A stretch of 64,000 nucleotides of DNA. It comes from an uncultured Desulfospira sp. GTDB lineage: Bacteria > Desulfobacterota > Desulfobacteria > Desulfobacterales > Desulfobacteraceae. Below, one piece after another: positions 50,627 through 60,777 of this stretch (position 1 is the stretch's first letter; each line of letters starts with the position of its first letter). Location of the stretch: contig OY760175.1 in assembly GCA_963663165.1 (NCBI GenBank), positions 4,128,001-4,192,000 of the forward strand, read 5' to 3'. A model generated the notes under the pieces. The model ran no database searches. It worked only from the letters and a program-made list of their open reading frames with translations, and was not told the origin of the DNA. The position numbers and the translations under genes were made by a program.

Positions 50627-51031
50627 TCATGGGCAAATAAGTTTTATGTTTGGGAAATACGTTCTATATTTTGCAATGTCCCTTGTGACTAAGTCAAATG
50701 AAGATACTGTAGCGTGAGCACCAATGAAGAAATCCGGAAGGGTTGAACTTTTAGTGCCCTTTTTTCTTCGATACTCAAGGAATGTCTTTCCAGCCAAAAA
50801 CAAAGCTTCGCGTGGAATTTCCAGGACTTTTACACCCACTTGTTCAACAGCGTCCTCGACTTCTTCAATACGGTTGAAACCAATTGATATTTGGGTATAC
50901 ACAATTGAATTAATAAATAATGTATTCGTCTGGCTATACTGACTTAATACGTCTTCAGACCAGTTTCCCCATTTAGGATCATTCGTAAACAGATCAAGCA
51001 ACACACACGAATCAATGAAAATTCCGTTCAT
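50627..51031 (-). CDS. vapC: PIN-domain toxin
   Basis: IDSCVLLD, LPDFFIGAHA, TRD. Confidence 0.9.
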   Translation of the reverse strand: MNGIFIDSCVLLDLFTNDPKWGNWSEDVLSQYSQTNTLFINSIVYTQISIGFNRIEEVEDAVEQVGVKVLEIPREALFLAGKTFLEYRRKKGTKSSTLPDFFIGAHATVSSFDLVTRDIAKYRTYFPNIKLICP

Positions 51032-51252
51032 TTTATTTTTCTTGTCATATTCATGATTTCGTCTGTAGACATTTTAGCTGTAGCAATCCCCCTTAACTTC
51101 GAAAATTTAGAGGTCGTTTTGTTTTTTGATACTTTGACCAGATAAAATCTTCCGTTATCTTCATGAAAATCAACGTCTGTCTCTGGAGCAATACCTAATA
51201 TTTCCCTTACATTCTTGGGGATAGTGACTTGGCCTTTTGTGGTTACACGCAT
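51028..51252 (-). CDS. AbrB/MazE-type antitoxin
   Basis: MRVTTKGQVTIPK; RBS AGGAG. Confidence 0.9.
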   Translation of the reverse strand: MRVTTKGQVTIPKNVREILGIAPETDVDFHEDNGRFYLVKVSKNKTTSKFSKLRGIATAKMSTDEIMNMTRKIK

Positions 51253-51269
51253 AATAAATCTCCTTTTAT

Positions 51270-51309
51270 AAAGTAATACCAATATAGTATTACTTTTTGA
51301 TTCGTGCAA
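51270..51309 (-). promoter_or_regulatory. TA promoter with operator
   Basis: TTGCAC-17-TATATT; IR AAAGTAATAC/GTATTACTTT. Confidence 0.75.
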
Positions 51310-51321
51310 CGATTTTTTGAA

Positions 51322-52215
51322 ATCGGGTAGCCGGGGGTAGTTATCTACCCCAGACCCCCTCAGAACCGTACGTGACAGTTTCCCGTCATACGGCTCAAGC
51401 ATTTCTAAGGCTAAGCCTTGCGGGGCCGCCCGGTTGTTTGAGCAATAATGAAATTTACAGTCATTTCATAGCATGCGTCCTTGGGCATCGGCCAGGAAGT
51501 ACTGTTTTTTTTTCCTGGTCAAAGACATACGTCCTTTGAAAATGCCTTGGATGTAAATGCCGTACGCTCCTTTAACAACCTTTGCGATACGCATCTACAG
51601 TCTTTTAGCAGCATAAAGCTGCTGATGGGCGCACCAGCTAATGCCGTCATTTGCTTTCCCATCTTAAAAGATTCTCTAAACTCTCTCGCAAAGAAACACC
51701 TGCCCGGGTGTGTCTGTAGTCACACCCGCCGGACGTCAGCTTCCTTTCGGACCGGGTAATATCGGGGTTTTCTCCTCAACCCGTATCCACCTCATTACGA
51801 GATGGCCTTCGCTTTTTCCTGCATCTTACGCCCGCACCCCCATCAGTGTGCCTTGCGGTTTCACCTGCCGAATGTTCCCGGCGAAGATACGGGGTTTCCA
51901 CGTTCCACATTATTGCCGATTAATGGATGACTTAGGCCTGCCCACTGCACCGGCGGCGCAACATCTCACGCGGCAGTTCCGACACCTGCATCCTGACCAC
52001 TCACCTTTTGGTCCAAGCTTACCAGCCTCTTTAGCTTGTTCTCCCTGACGACGCTTAAGGAACATTCAATTAATTTGACCATATCATCCAAACCCTTGCC
52101 CTCACCCGGAATGAGGCTTCCAGGAGGGTATCCACCTCACGGCTTCCACCCCTTCCGCAACTGCGGAATTCGGTACTTTGTCGGTTGGGCTTCACACCGT
52201 TGCCGGATGCACCGG
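51322..52215 (-). mobile_element. ORF-less group IIB intron copy A (5' end lost)
   Basis: DV GAGCCGTATGACGGGAAACTGTCACGTACGGTTC, DVI, 3' AT; homology to the other copies stops at 52215. Confidence 0.9.
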
Positions 52216-53045
52216 CCATTGCCAGAACCATGAAACAAGTCAATGGATCGACCGGCAGCAAAATAAACTGTTTCATGGTGACTTTTACCTATCCCTGTCA
52301 GTTCAGAGATGTGGCATATCTGAATCAACGGGCAGTTTATTCTCTGATGTTTTCATGTGTATCCGGCACTTTGAAAGATTTTGGGCTCAACCCACGGCAC
52401 CTTGGTGCTCAGATCGGTATAACCATGGTCCTTCACACCAATAGCAGAAGATTGGACTTTCACCCGCATATTCACGTAATTGTTCCAGGTGGCGGTGTTG
52501 ATCCATCCAGACGGCAATGGAAAAAGAAAAAGGCAAGTATTTGTTTAACCAGAAAGCCCTGGCCAAGGTTTTCCGGGCACGTTTCCTGGATGGATTGAAC
52601 AAAAAAAATTTGCCGATCCCCAAAGGTGCTCGTCCCAAATGGGTTGTTGATTGTGAGAGGGTTGGAGCAGGTCTCTCTGCCCTGAAGTATCTGTCCAGGT
52701 ATTTATACAGGGGAGTGATCAGCGAGCGTAATATTATTGCCAACCAGAACGGTCAGGTTACCTTCAGGTATATTGACGGCAAAACCAAAAAAGTATGTAC
52801 GCGAACCCTTAACGGCGAAGATTTCCTGCGCCTGATCCTGCTTCATGTATTGCCCCGGGGATTTCGCAGGGCAAGGGATTACGGTTTTCTTCATGGGAAT
52901 GCCAAAAAAACTGCTCTTTCTGGTACAGATGATTCTCCACGTACGGATTACGGCAATAGTGCGTCGGCCAAGGCCTGTGTTTAAATGCCCCCATTGCGGG
53001 CAGCCTATGAAAATCCTGGGGATAAAACCTGCCGGTGCGGGATAG
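52216..53045 (+). pseudogene. IS91-family (Y2/HUH) transposase, 5'-truncated and frameshifted
   Basis: HCQ...W..RQ, HPHIH, YLSRYLYR, LHVLPRGFRRARDYGFL, CPHC spread over several frames. Confidence 0.88.
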
Positions 53046-53309
53046 GAAAAACAAAAGGTAGAAACCAAATCTCAATTTAACTGGAGGAGAGCAACTCTAT
53101 GAAATAATCCGGCTTTTTTTAGAAAGCCCTGAAAATGGCTATGCTACAGGTGCGCCTTATCTGCGATGTCCGGAAATCAAACTCCTTCCAGCCTCCTAAT
53201 CTCCAAAAAGATATTTTCATATATAGGGAAAGCCCGGTTCATTTTGGCCGGGCTTGTTCAACAATCGGATAAGATCGTGGTTCGTTCCTCACACGATCTA
53301 TCCTTATTC
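52216..53309 (+). mobile_element. IS91-like element remnant abutting an attC R'' box (53310-53316)
   Basis: Hairpin-rich end ...TCCTTATTC|GTTGTGT a few bases after the vapC stop. Confidence 0.65.
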
Positions 53310-53321
53310 GTTGTGTGAGTA

Positions 53322-53732
53322 TTATAGCAAGATTGTTTTGAATGCCTTTTTCCCTTTAATTCTGTAAATAGAAAAGTCACGGTCAATAGTCGCTACTTCA
53401 TTTATCCCCATTTTTTCAGCGAGTAGGACAAGACATGAATCTGCAAAATCCATTGGTAGATCTCGATACTTTTTAGTCAGTTCTTTGATCCTCTGAAAAT
53501 CTGAATTTAATACATTGACTATTTCAACGCCACCCCGACTGACCCATTCGATAAAATCTAACTGTGCATTTCGGTTAAAATCCAAAAGATGCAATGTTTC
53601 TGTAATGGATGCGATCGTGGTTATGAGTAGAGCTTGATTTGACTGGATAAATTCAACAGTCTTTTGATGGTATTTGTCTGAGGAATCAAAAAGAGCAATT
53701 AATGGCCCACTATCAATAAGAATTTTGTTCAT
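53322..53732 (-). CDS. vapC: PIN-domain toxin
   Basis: LIDSGPLIAL, MDFAD, TIDRDF. Confidence 0.9.
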   Translation of the reverse strand: MNKILIDSGPLIALFDSSDKYHQKTVEFIQSNQALLITTIASITETLHLLDFNRNAQLDFIEWVSRGGVEIVNVLNSDFQRIKELTKKYRDLPMDFADSCLVLLAEKMGINEVATIDRDFSIYRIKGKKAFKTILL

Positions 53733-53971
53733 TTTCTTTTTGCCTGGAGTTTGTTTTTAAGAAGCTCTTTCCTGTTTGAGGACAAATCATTCCGGCCACT
53801 AGCATATTTGCCGAATAAATCTTGACCAGATTCCCACGCACTTTTTGTTTCTATTTTTTTGAAATAATCTACAAGGCTTTTTCGGATAAGCTCGGACTTT
53901 GTTAAGCCGAGATTTTTTGCTGTATAGTTTAATTGCTGCTCAAGCCTTGGGTCAAGTCTTAGTGTAATCAT
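53729..53971 (-). CDS. RHH/CopG antitoxin
   Basis: MITLRLD...KSELIR; RBS GGAGG. Confidence 0.85.
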   Translation of the reverse strand: MITLRLDPRLEQQLNYTAKNLGLTKSELIRKSLVDYFKKIETKSAWESGQDLFGKYASGRNDLSSNRKELLKNKLQAKRK

Positions 53972-54035
53972 AATATCACCTCCGTAATACATATGGTAAT
54001 ACATCAAGACTAAAGAATCAACGTTCTTTTTTACA

Positions 54036-54870
54036 GTCGGGTAGGTCGGGGGGGCTTTACAGCCCCTTTCCCCCCCCTCAGAACCGTACGTGACAGTTTC
54101 CCGTCATACGGCTCAAGCATTTCTAAGGCTAAGCCTTGCGGGGGCGCCCGGTTGTTTTAGCAATAATGAAATTTACAGTTATTCCATAGCATGCTTCTTT
54201 GAGCATCCCCCAGGGAAGTACAGTTTTTTTTTCCCTGTTCAAAAAAACATACGTCCTTTGAAAATGCCTATAGATGTGCATGCCGTGTGCTTCTCTAACA
54301 ACCTTTGCGATACTCATCTACAGTCTTTTAACAGTATAAACTGCTGATGGGCGCACCAGCTATTGCCGTCATTTGCTTTCCCCTCTTCAAAGATTCTCCA
54401 GACTCTCTCGCAAAGAAACGCCTGCACGGGTGTCCCCGGCGAGGGTGCGGGGTTTCCACGTTCCACATTATTGCCGATTAATGGATGACTTAGGCCTGCC
54501 CACTGCACCGGTGGCGCAACATCTCACGCGGCAGTTCCGAAACCTGCATCCTGACCGCTCACCTTTTGGTCCAAGCTTATCAGCCTCTTTAGCTTGTTCT
54601 CCCTGACGACGCTTGAGGAACATTCAATTAATTTGACCATATCATCCAAACCCTTGCCTTCACCCGGAATGAGGCTTCCAGGAGGGTATCCGCCTCACGG
54701 CTTCCACCCCTTCCGCAGCTGTGGAATTCGGTACTTTGTCGGTTGGGCGTCACACCGTTGCCGGATGCACCGGTAACTGCATGCCACCTAGGGTGCCGGC
54801 AGGAGAATGCCGGGTTTGGTCAGGACCGACTGGCCCGCCAGACAGCCAATAATGCGACTTCGTGTCGCAC
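54036..54870 (-). mobile_element. ORF-less group IIB intron copy B (extra internal deletion near 54430)
   Basis: 5' GTGCG at 54870, DV/DVI, 3' AC at 54036. Confidence 0.9.
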
Positions 54871-55001
54871 CGAGAACGGGGAGCTGAGGGGCCAGGCTTT
54901 TGAACCCCAAAACTTCCGATAAAAAGTTAAGTTTTCCTGAACCAGAAACTCCCGATAAGGCCGCGCAGTAAGCTTGGTTCCTCTCCAGCGTTTTGTTGTG
55001 C
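54871..55001 (-). other. attC site
   Basis: GCACAAC-AAAACGCTGGAG...CTCAGCTCCCC-GTTCTCG. Confidence 0.85.
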
Positions 55002-55058
55002 AATATTTTTTCAAGCAAGCCGTCTCTCTTTCAAAATTGAAAATCAACTTATTTTTCC

Positions 55059-55087
55059 TTGCGCCATACGTCAATATGACGTATATT
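55059..55087 (+). promoter_or_regulatory. TA promoter with operator
   Basis: TTGCGC-17-TATATT; palindrome ATACGTCA-ata-TGACGTAT. Confidence 0.8.
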
Positions 55088-55093
55088 GAAATC

Positions 55094-55367
55094 ATGAATA
55101 AAGTTATTCTCCATAAACGAGTCCAAAAACAACTTAAGAAACTTCCTTCTCATATAGTTACAAACCTTGAAGTTTGGATGCAAACCGTTGAAGAAGACGG
55201 AATTTTTGAAGCTCGTAAGCTCTCTGGTTACCATGATGAGCCTTTGGGCGGCAAAAGAAAAAGGGCAGCGGTCTTTCAGGCTGTCCAAAGCATATAGAGG
55301 TTTTTACATTGAGCACAATGGCAATATAATTATAGAGGTTATTGAGGTGAACAAACATGAGTACTGA
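55094..55367 (+). pseudogene. RelE/HigB-like toxin, frameshifted in an A-run (~55254-55262)
   Basis: MNKVIL...GYHDEPLGGKRK then GQRSFRLSKAYR...EVNKHEY in another frame. Confidence 0.8.
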
Positions 55368-55653
55368 ATACGGCATTAAAGAATTAGAAAACGATTTTGG
55401 ACCTTTGACATTTGGCAAGGCTCTTGCGGCCCATAGAAAAGGCGAAGAAATGACCCAGAAGCAGTTTGCTGATTTTTTAGGTATAACATCATCCAGCCTT
55501 TGTGACCTGGAAAAAGGACGAAGAATACCGTCTGTGAAAAGGGCTGCTAAAATTGCGAAGGCCTTAGGAATGTCAGAAAAAACATGGGTTAAATTTGCCA
55601 TACAAGACATGATCCGTGAGGCTGAGCTTGAGTATACTGTGTCTGTCGCGTAA
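55357..55653 (+). CDS. HigA-like XRE antitoxin
   Basis: TQKQFADFLGI...DLEKGRR. Confidence 0.85.
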   Translation: MSTEYGIKELENDFGPLTFGKALAAHRKGEEMTQKQFADFLGITSSSLCDLEKGRRIPSVKRAAKIAKALGMSEKTWVKFAIQDMIREAELEYTVSVA

Positions 55654-55735
55654 TACATTTAATGTGTTATAGGCTTTCAATAAGGCCGACAAGTCGAACT
55701 TGTTGAAAGTTAACCATCTCCGTTTCGTTTCAAAG

Positions 55736-57668
55736 ATCGGGTAGGTCGGGGGCTTTACAGCCCCTTTCCCCCCTCAGAACCGTACGTGACAGTTTCCCGT
55801 CATACGGCTCAAGCATTTCTAAGGCTGAGCCTTGCGGGGCCGCCCGGCTGTTTTCTCTTGCCAATGCTGAAATTTACAGTTATTTCATTACATATTTTCT
55901 CGGCCGCTGTGACAGGGATCACCTTTGGTTTCACCCGTCTTGCCCAGTGGATTTTATCCATGAAGGCCTGCACATTTTTCCTGGATGGTTTAATGAGCAG
56001 TTTGCCGTCATACTTACGAATGTTTTGGCCCAGAAAATCGAATCCCCGGTCAATTCGGGTAATCAGGGTCTTTTCTTCAGACAGGGATAGATCCCGTTCC
56101 GAGAGAAATCTGATTATGGCCGGTTTGACCTTGTCTTCAAGAAGTTCCCGGGTTGCACCGGTAATAATGAAATCATCAGCATACCGGATGACGTTGATTT
56201 TGGAACTGATGTCCTTACCGTTGCGTCTGTCCCTGACAGGGGCAACAGATCCGGCAGTCCCTTCAATGCCGTCCAGAACCATGTTGGCCAGTGTGGGAGA
56301 GGCAATGCCGCTTTGCGGTGTTCCCCGGCCTGTTGGAAAGAATTTACCGTCCTCCATAAACCCGGAAGCCAGCCATTTGGTAAGGATCATCTTATCCATA
56401 GGGATATGGTCGATCATCCAGTCATGGCTGATTTCATCAAAGCAGGCTTTAATATCCGCTTCAAGTATCCAGACCGGCGAGGTTTTCTTGGCCAGTGTAT
56501 TAAAGCATTGGGATATGGCGTCCGCACATCGCCTGTATGACCTGAATCCGTATGAATTGTGGTCGGCCAGTGTTTCTGCTATCGGCTCCAATGCCAGTTT
56601 ATACAATGCCTGAACAGCCTGTCGATCATTGTGGGAATACTTAACGGACGTTTCTTGCCGTTCTTTTTGGGAATATAGATCCGCCTGAGCGGTGATGGCT
56701 GGTATCCTCTCCGTTTGAGGTTGCCTGCTGCCTGGAATTTCTTCCTGGCGGTTTTCCAGGTGACGTTGTCGACACCCGGAGTGCGTTTCCCTTTATTGGA
56801 GGTCACGCGTTTTACAGCTAACAGCTTTGCCTGGTAAGAGTGGGTCAGAAGCCACTGGAGGGCCTTGGCCCGTCCGTATCTTCCTTCTTTCACAGCCTTT
56901 GCGATACGCATTTGCAGTCTTTTAACAGCTTCATAAATGGCTTTCCAATGAATGGACTTCCAATTCCTGAAACTGCCGATGGGCGCACCAGCTGTTGCCG
57001 TCATTTGCCTTCCCATCTTCAAAGATTCTCCAGACTATCTCGCAAAGAAACACCTGCCCGGGTGTGCCTGTAGCCACACCCGCCGGACGTCAGCTCCCTT
57101 TCGGGCCGGATAATGTTGGGATGTTCTCCTCAATCCGTATCCACCTCATTACAAGATGGCCTTCGCTTTTTCCTGCATCTTACTCCCGCACCTCCATCAG
57201 TGTGCCTTACGGTTTCACCTGCCGAATACTCCCGGCGAAGATACGGGGTTTCCACGTTCCACACTATTGCCAATTAGTGGATGACTTAGGCCTGCCCTCT
57301 GTACCGGCGGCGCAACATCTCCGTGCAGGCAGTTAGGAAACCTGCAGCCTGACCGCTCACCTTTTGGTCCAAGCTTACCAGCCTCTTTAGCTTGTTCTCC
57401 CTGACGGTACTTACGGAACATTCAATTAATTTGACCATATCATCCAAACCCTTGCCCTCACCCGGATTGAGGCTTCCAGGAGGGTATCTGCCTCACAGCT
57501 TCCACCCCTTCCGCACTTGCGGAATTCGGTACGTTGTCGGTTGGGCTTCACACCGTTGCCGGATGCACCGACCACCGCATGCCACCTAGGGTACCGGCAG
57601 GAGAATGCCGGGTCTGGTCAGGACCGACTGGCCCGCCAAACAGCCAATAATGCGACCTCGTGTCGCAC
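55736..57668 (-). mobile_element. Group IIB (CL-class) intron copy C, RT with 372-nt deletion
   Basis: 5' GTGCG at 57668, 3' AT at 55736; near-identical to copy E. Confidence 0.93.
55809..57022 (-). pseudogene. ltrA: Intron RT/maturase: frameshift, loss of domain X, PQGG to PQSG
   Basis: Two ORFs (147 + 265 aa); 124 aa shorter than copy E. Confidence 0.9.
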
Positions 57669-57798
57669 CCGAACGGGGAGCTGAGGGGCCAGGCTTCTTA
57701 AACCCAAAAGCTCCGATAAAAGTTTAAATTTTCTTGAACCAGGGACTCCCGAGAAGGCCGCGCAGTAAGCCTGGTCCCGCTCCAGCGTTTTGTTGGCC
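57669..57798 (-). other. attC site
   Basis: GGCCAAC-AAAACGCTGGAG...CTCAGCTCCCC-GTTCGG. Confidence 0.88.
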
Positions 57799-57809
57799 CT
57801 TTAAAGTAT

Positions 57810-58187
57810 TCATTTGTGTTTAATGCTTTTCTTATATGTTGTAATTAACTTTGATATCATAGAATTAACATTGCAATTTTCATTATCTGCAAGATCATTT
57901 AACTTTTTAAAGTTTGAATCTGTAATGTTTTTGTCTAAAATTCTTACACTTCCATCGTTCCAACGTAGCACACCTCGACTATCAAGAATAAATCTATCAG
58001 GATATTGCTTTGCAGCCTTTTTCTTGGTTTCATTCCAAGCAGCATTTATTTCTCGAGTGGAAGATAGCTGCCCAACAAGACCTAAACGTAAAGTAACATT
58101 TTCTTTTAAATGTTCTGTTCCGTTCGGAAGTTCTGTAAGCTGTTCCAACATCATTTTCGATATTCTGCCTTTTGATAACATTGCCAT
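57810..58187 (-). CDS. Hypothetical cassette protein (~125 aa)
   Basis: ORF fills the cassette; start MAMLSK after the attC. Confidence 0.7.
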   Translation of the reverse strand: MAMLSKGRISKMMLEQLTELPNGTEHLKENVTLRLGLVGQLSSTREINAAWNETKKKAAKQYPDRFILDSRGVLRWNDGSVRILDKNITDSNFKKLNDLADNENCNVNSMISKLITTYKKSIKHK

Positions 58188-58212
58188 ATTTCCAATCCCT
58201 ATGATATTACGA

Positions 58213-58328
58213 GGCCAACGGGTAGGGGCATATTGCCGAGCAGGTTGTCGAAGCCAAGTTTTTTCGAAAACCAAGGGCTTTTGAAAAGCCGCTAGCCCCC
58301 CGGGTCGGCCTGCAGCGTTTTGTTGGGC
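58213..58328 (-). other. attC site (L' arm degenerate)
   Basis: GCCCAAC-AAAACGCTGCAG...CTACCC-GTTGGCC. Confidence 0.8.
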
Positions 58329-58333
58329 AAATT

Positions 58334-58687
58334 TTAATCAACTTCTCGTGGTTCAAGTAACAAATTAAGACCTTGCAATATTTCTTCAAAACGTTTTTTT
58401 GAAAGCGTCCCGATTTTTTCGGTTAGATCACTTTTATTGACTGTATAAATTTGCGAAATATTCACAACGCTTTTCTTCGGAATGTTTGCTTCACCTTTTT
58501 TAAGAGTTACATTTCCGGGTGCGCTGCCTAACCTTAAATTTGATGTGAGGGCACAAACAACGGAAGTGTTTATTCTACTTTGATTAAAAAGGTTATTTTG
58601 AATTACAAGATGTGGATGACGATAACCGGGTTCTGATCCTTGTGGCTCTCCAAAATCAATCCAATAGATGTCACCCTGTCTTACCAT
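58334..58687 (-). CDS. mazF: PemK/MazF toxin
   Basis: QGDIYW...GSEP...HPHLVIQNN...SVVNISQI. Confidence 0.9.
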   Translation of the reverse strand: MVRQGDIYWIDFGEPQGSEPGYRHPHLVIQNNLFNQSRINTSVVCALTSNLRLGSAPGNVTLKKGEANIPKKSVVNISQIYTVNKSDLTEKIGTLSKKRFEEILQGLNLLLEPREVD

Positions 58688-58926
58688 TGGTCTTTCACCA
58701 TTTTTTTATGTTTCGGGCGCATTTTTTGAACTAAAGAGTCTGCTTGTTGATCATCATAAATGTCGTTTAGCTGTTGAAGCAATTCAATGTTTTGATGACG
58801 CTGGATATACTCTTTGACTGCTTGTGAAAAGATATAACTTCTCGAGACATTTAAACTTTTTGCAAGAATATTTATTTTTTCAAAAATGGGCTTTTCTATA
58901 GAAATGGCTGTTTTTACATTCGGCAT
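58681..58926 (-). CDS. RHH antitoxin (ChpI-like)
   Basis: KTAISI...VSRS; overlaps mazF. Confidence 0.85.
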   Translation of the reverse strand: MPNVKTAISIEKPIFEKINILAKSLNVSRSYIFSQAVKEYIQRHQNIELLQQLNDIYDDQQADSLVQKMRPKHKKMVKDQW

Positions 58927-58951
58927 ATTGATTCCTCCATTATTTTTTTAC

Positions 58952-58980
58952 AGTATAATGTCTGGTATGAAAGACGTCAA
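58952..58980 (-). promoter_or_regulatory. TA promoter
   Basis: TTGACG-17-TATACT. Confidence 0.8.
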
Positions 58981-58990
58981 TACTTTGGTA

Positions 58991-59121
58991 GCCCACCGGG
59001 GAGCTAACCGGCCGGGCGTTGAAGCCACAAAAGCTCCGATAAAAGTTTAAAATTTCATTAACCAAGCTGCTTCAAAATGCCGCGCAGATAAGCCCGGTCG
59101 GGTTCAGCGGCTTTGTTCGCC
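58991..59121 (-). other. attC site (R' reads GGT)
   Basis: GGCGAAC-AAAGCCGCTGAAC...GTTAGCTCCCC-GGTGGGC. Confidence 0.82.
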
Positions 59122-59124
59122 TCA

Positions 59125-59460
59125 TCAGTATGCAAACAGTTCCTGTAAACAATTACAAACTTTAATTTGGGTAGTTTTTGAAATAACTCCAAACTTTTTG
59201 ACTAATCTTAATTTATCTACAGCTCTTATTTGATCCAATAATATCAAGCCTTTTTTACCTTGGAATGTACATTGAATTCTTGTGGGGAAATTGAAGCCTT
59301 TGGAGGTCATTGGGGCAACAATAGCCGTTTTTAATGAAGACATTTCGTCAGGAGAAATTACAACACAAAGCCTTTTTTTCTTTATTTCGTGACCTTGTGT
59401 CGGGTCCAATTGAACTAACCAAATGTCGAATCTGTTGATAGGCTGATTCACCATTCCCAA
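59125..59460 (-). CDS. mazF: PemK/MazF toxin
   Basis: LDPTQGHEIKK.R.CVVISP, APMTS, DQIRAVDK. Confidence 0.9.
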   Translation of the reverse strand: MGMVNQPINRFDIWLVQLDPTQGHEIKKKRLCVVISPDEMSSLKTAIVAPMTSKGFNFPTRIQCTFQGKKGLILLDQIRAVDKLRLVKKFGVISKTTQIKVCNCLQELFAY

Positions 59461-59702
59461 TCCTCATCATCAACCAGAGATGCATCCAACCATTCCTGGT
59501 CCAACTCCTCTTCGTTTTCTGCTTTAAGGTATTTTTCAAATTGTTTTTTCCACCCCTGCCTGGGTTTTCTGGATGGTTTTATTAACAGCCCTTCATCAAG
59601 CACCTTAAATTCCAGTTCTTTCTCATTAAGTTGTGCTTGTTCAATAATCGCTTTGGGAATTCTCACTCCTTGCGAATTTCCAATTCTTATTAATGTTGCC
59701 AT
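59448..59702 (-). CDS. mazE: AbrB/MazE antitoxin
   Basis: IRIGNSQGVRIPK; acidic tail DEDWEW. Confidence 0.88.
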   Translation of the reverse strand: MATLIRIGNSQGVRIPKAIIEQAQLNEKELEFKVLDEGLLIKPSRKPRQGWKKQFEKYLKAENEEELDQEWLDASLVDDEDWEW

Positions 59703-59787
59703 AAACACCTCTAATTTTGATTAATGTAATTACAACATAATCACTTAATTCTGTTTTTGTCAAATCAAAATCGTAGGTTTTTAGAAG

Positions 59788-60777
59788 ATCGGGTAGCCGG
59801 GGGTAGTTATCTACCCCAGGCCCCCTCAGAACCGTACGTGACAGTTTCCCGTCATACGGCGCAAGCATTTCTAAGGCTAAGCCTTGCGGGGCCGCCCGGT
59901 TGTTTTAGCAATAATGAAATTTACAGTTATTTCATAGCATATATCCTTGAGCATCTGCCCGGAAAGTATTTTTCTTTTTCCGGGTCAAAAGAGAACATCC
60001 TTTTGAAAGATGCCTCTGGCGTGTATGCTGTGTGCTACTTTAACAACCTTTGCGATACGCATCTACAGTCTTTTAACAGAATAAATCTGCTGATGGGCGC
60101 ACCAGCTATTGCCGTCATTTGCTTTCCCATCTTCAAAGATTCTCCAGACTCTCTCGCAAAGAAACACCTGCCCGGGTGTGCCTGTAGCCACACCCGCCGG
60201 ACGTCAGCTCCCTTTCGGGCCGGATAATGTTGGGATGTTCTCCTCAATCCGTATCCACCTCATTACAAGATGGCCTTCGCTTTTTCCTGCATCTTACTCC
60301 CGCACCTCCATCAGTGTGCCTTACGGTTTCACCTGCCGAATACTCCCGGCGAAGATACGGGGTTTCCACGTTCCACACTATTGCCAATTAGTGGATGACT
60401 TAGGCCTGCCCTCTGCACCGGCGGCGCAACATCTCACGCGGCAGTTAGGAAACCTGCAGCCTGACCGCTCACCTTTTGGTCCAAGCTTACCAGCCTCTTT
60501 AGCTTGTTCTCCCTGACGGTACTTACGGAACATTCAACTACTTTGACCATATCATCCAAACCCTTGCCCTCACCCGGATTGAGGCTTCCAGGAGGGTATC
60601 TGCCTCACGGCTTCCACCCCTTCCGCAGTTGCGGAATTCGGTACGTTGTCGGTTGGGCTTCACACCGTTGCCGGATGCACCGACCACCGCATGCCACCTA
60701 GGGTACCGGCAGGAGAATGCCGGGTTTGGTCAGGACCGACTGGCCCGCCAAACAGCCAATAATGCGACTTCGTGTCG
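59788..60777 (-). mobile_element. ORF-less group IIB intron copy D (first 3 nt absent at the junction with copy E)
   Basis: Full ribozyme homology, 3' AT at 59788, begins CGACACG. Confidence 0.9.

Noticed and set aside
51253..51402. N-terminal extension MLEPYDGKLSRTVLRG of the AbrB ORF, and similar small ORFs across the introns
   Set aside because: These are translations of intron DV/DVI and ribozyme sequence; the real start with an RBS is at 51252.
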